The notes under the pieces are model-generated. The model saw only the letters and a program-made list of their open reading frames with translations. It searched no databases and was not told where the DNA came from. A program made the position numbers and the translations under genes. DNA of 63,287 bases, the filler included, from Gonapodya sp. JEL0774 (lineage: Eukaryota): assembly GCA_027604505.1 (NCBI GenBank). It is 34 parts of 34 records of this genome, joined end to end, with 100 filler letters (N's around TTAATTAATTAA, not from the genome) between each part and the next. Parts side by side here need not be neighbours in the genome. Positions count along the whole stretch, not along the records: positions 61,535 to 63,287 come from JADIIX010002659.1; 33 more parts are not named here. One strand, 5' to 3'. Shown here piece by piece: positions 61,435-63,287 of the stretch; position 1 is the first letter of the stretch, and every line of letters starts with the position of its first letter.

Positions 61435-62525
61435 NNNNNNNNNNNNNNNNNNNNNNNNNNNNNNNNNNNNNNNNNNNNTTAATTAATTAANNNNNNNNNN
61501 NNNNNNNNNNNNNNNNNNNNNNNNNNNNNNNNNNAGAGTTGACGAATGATGTGATGCTGTGAGATTTCGGGACGAGAGTTGAGGTGAAGCGAGCGGAGGT
61601 TTGAGCGTGGCTGCAGAAGAGTGAGGGGTAGGAAAGAGGGGAGGCGACGAAGAGAAGGACGACGGGAACACTGAGGTGTTGGAAAGTGGCTGAGTTGCGG
61701 GTGCAGGTGAATATGCGAGATGTTGGGCAGAGTGTCGGTGTGGTGAGGACGGGGTGAGCGGTGCCGATGGCGTGGACGGCTGCCGTGTGATTTGTGAGCG
61801 CTGCAGAGCATGAATTATGGAGGAAATTTCGATGTACAAGTGTGCGACGTGAGGAAGCGATGTGTTACACATTGGTGAAGTGATCACACTGATCCCTCAT
61901 CGTGTACCCCCCGATTCCCCACTGAGACAAACCTTGCTCGAATCTGTTTTTGCTTTGTTCCCTTTATCCGTTCCCGAATCGCCTGCCGCCGCCGCCGGGG
62001 ATGTTCTACGGGTGGCCAAGGTGTTGACGGTGTGGTTGCTCGTTTTCAAGATGCCGCGGGGCGATTGTGACGCCAGAGCGGGCGGGGTGTGGGGATCGCG
62101 ACCCATCGGAGACATATCGGGTGGAATCTCTGTAGAAAGTGTTGAGATTGGGAGTGGGGTTGAGGCTGAGGTGGAAGGTGCGTGCGTTGCACAGCAACGG
62201 CCGCCAGAGACGGGGAAATGCGGGCAAAGAGGGGGAAGGGGAGGAAGGATGACGTGTTCGTAGTGACGTCACCGTAGATGTCTCCCGCGGGGGCGTGGGA
62301 ATCGGGGGCGATGGAGGAGCGATTGCGTCTTTTTTCAGTGTGAGTGAGTGGCGGGAGCGGACTCAGCTGGGTCCCTTCTGTGGTCAGGGCAGGTGCACGG
62401 GCCACACCGCTCCCCCTCCCCAAAATAGCTCCCCCCACCAACTCGCAACCCCACTCGCACTCCAAGACTCATCGCTCTCGCTTTCTTCCACCCCCCCTCC
62501 GATTCAATCCCGACACTTCACCCCC

Positions 62526-63287
62526 ATGCGTCCTCCCCTTCCCGATGCCTCCTCCAAAATACCTCGTGCCATCCCCGGCTCAAACTTCTCCTATTCCCCA
62601 CGTTTCAGCCTCGGCCGTGTATTCAAGCCAATCGCACCACCATCCGGTGCCTTTGCCCTTTTCCCAACTGAAATCATCCTCCACATCGGCAAATATCTTC
62701 CCTTCCGCCTCGGATTGCCGACGGGGGCTCTGGACTGTGGCCTGGCCTGCAGCACATTCCGGTCACCGGACAATATCGCAGCGAGGGCTGTCGTTCACTA
62801 CAAAAGATTGCGTCGTGCACTCATGTATGAGATCTCTCGACCGCGCGATTATGGATTCAAACGCTCAGATGTGCCGTCGGACGGGGCGGTGGTCAAAGTG
62901 CTCTTACAGCGAGCTACAACCATCCAGGACTTTAATGTGAACGAACTATGCCGGGGACCAGTAAAAGGATTGAACACTTTGCTCCAAGCTGCAGTCGTAG
63001 CTAACAAAGCGGACATTGTCCGGATTCTTCTCAGTCTGGGTGCTGATCCTTTTCCCCGCCACGTGCACGTGGGTGTGTACCAACACCGGTACCAAGTGCT
63101 GCCCATCTATCTCGCATGTAAAATGGGGAATCTTGAAGTGGCAAACTTATTGGTGGAGCATGGCGCCACAATGAAGGAAGTGGGAGCGAGGTTATTGTAT
63201 TCTGCTGCCGGTGGCGGTTTCTCTTCGGAAATCATACGATGGATGCTCAACCTTATCGATGACATCAGTGTACGTCAGATGGAGAAT
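62526..63287 (+). CDS. F-box-like plus ankyrin-repeat protein (absent from the ORF track; no stop in window)
   Basis: LFPTEIILHIGKYLP, TFRSPDNIAARAVVHY, TLLQAAV..NKADIVRILLSLGAD and PIYLACKMGNLEVANLLVEHGA. Confidence 0.88.
   Translation, partial: MRPPLPDASSKIPRAIPGSNFSYSPRFSLGRVFKPIAPPSGAFALFPTEIILHIGKYLPFRLGLPTGALDCGLACSTFRSPDNIAARAVVHYKRLRRALMYEISRPRDYGFKRSDVPSDGAVVKVLLQRATTIQDFNVNELCRGPVKGLNTLLQAAVVANKADIVRILLSLGADPFPRHVHVGVYQHRYQVLPIYLACKMGNLEVANLLVEHGATMKEVGARLLYSAAGGGFSSEIIRWMLNLIDDISVRQMEN

Noticed and set aside
1774..61534. Regularly spaced TTAATTAATTAA palindromes as a biological repeat or CRISPR-like array
   Set aside because: Always centred in N44 blocks between length-sorted contigs; a concatenation linker. 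ORFs ending in X..LIN or X..N are artefacts.
61535..62465. Divergent minus-strand gene opposite the ankyrin gene
   Set aside because: Several competing low-complexity frames, none supported by motifs.

Overview
This window is not one locus. It is 34 short contigs of about 1.75-1.77 kb, sorted by decreasing length and joined by an artificial 100-bp spacer (N44-TTAATTAATTAA-N44), so neighbouring contigs are not linked. The DNA is eukaryotic, with many short GT-AG introns, and the gene content is fungal. The abundance of F-box/ankyrin genes and the overall content suggest a zoosporic, early-diverging fungus (Gonapodya-like; an inference from recollection, not a search result). Recognisable gene fragments are: MscS-like channel, SDR, PMC1/PMCA Ca2+-ATPase, HMG-box protein, class IV sirtuin, TauD dioxygenase, RAD16, NTF2/Bre5-like protein, GPI-anchored intradiol dioxygenase, BMS1, F-box protein, Mch1-like MFS, two methyltransferases and DJ-1/PfpI. 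There are also decayed ALKBH1, IKS1 and F-box/ankyrin copies, two related Ty1/copia 5' ends, gypsy-like and DIRS-like gag fragments, and a 154-bp satellite. The most notable signal is a 6-exon gene, reconstructed by hand, encoding a Deg/ENaC/ASIC-superfamily channel (56112-57723), a family classically regarded as metazoan. Other highlights are an intron-containing RuvC/A22-like resolvase, a mucin stalk built from tandem symmetric micro-exons, and a copia LTR with TA...TA ends. All calls come from manual reading and motif recall; no searches were run.
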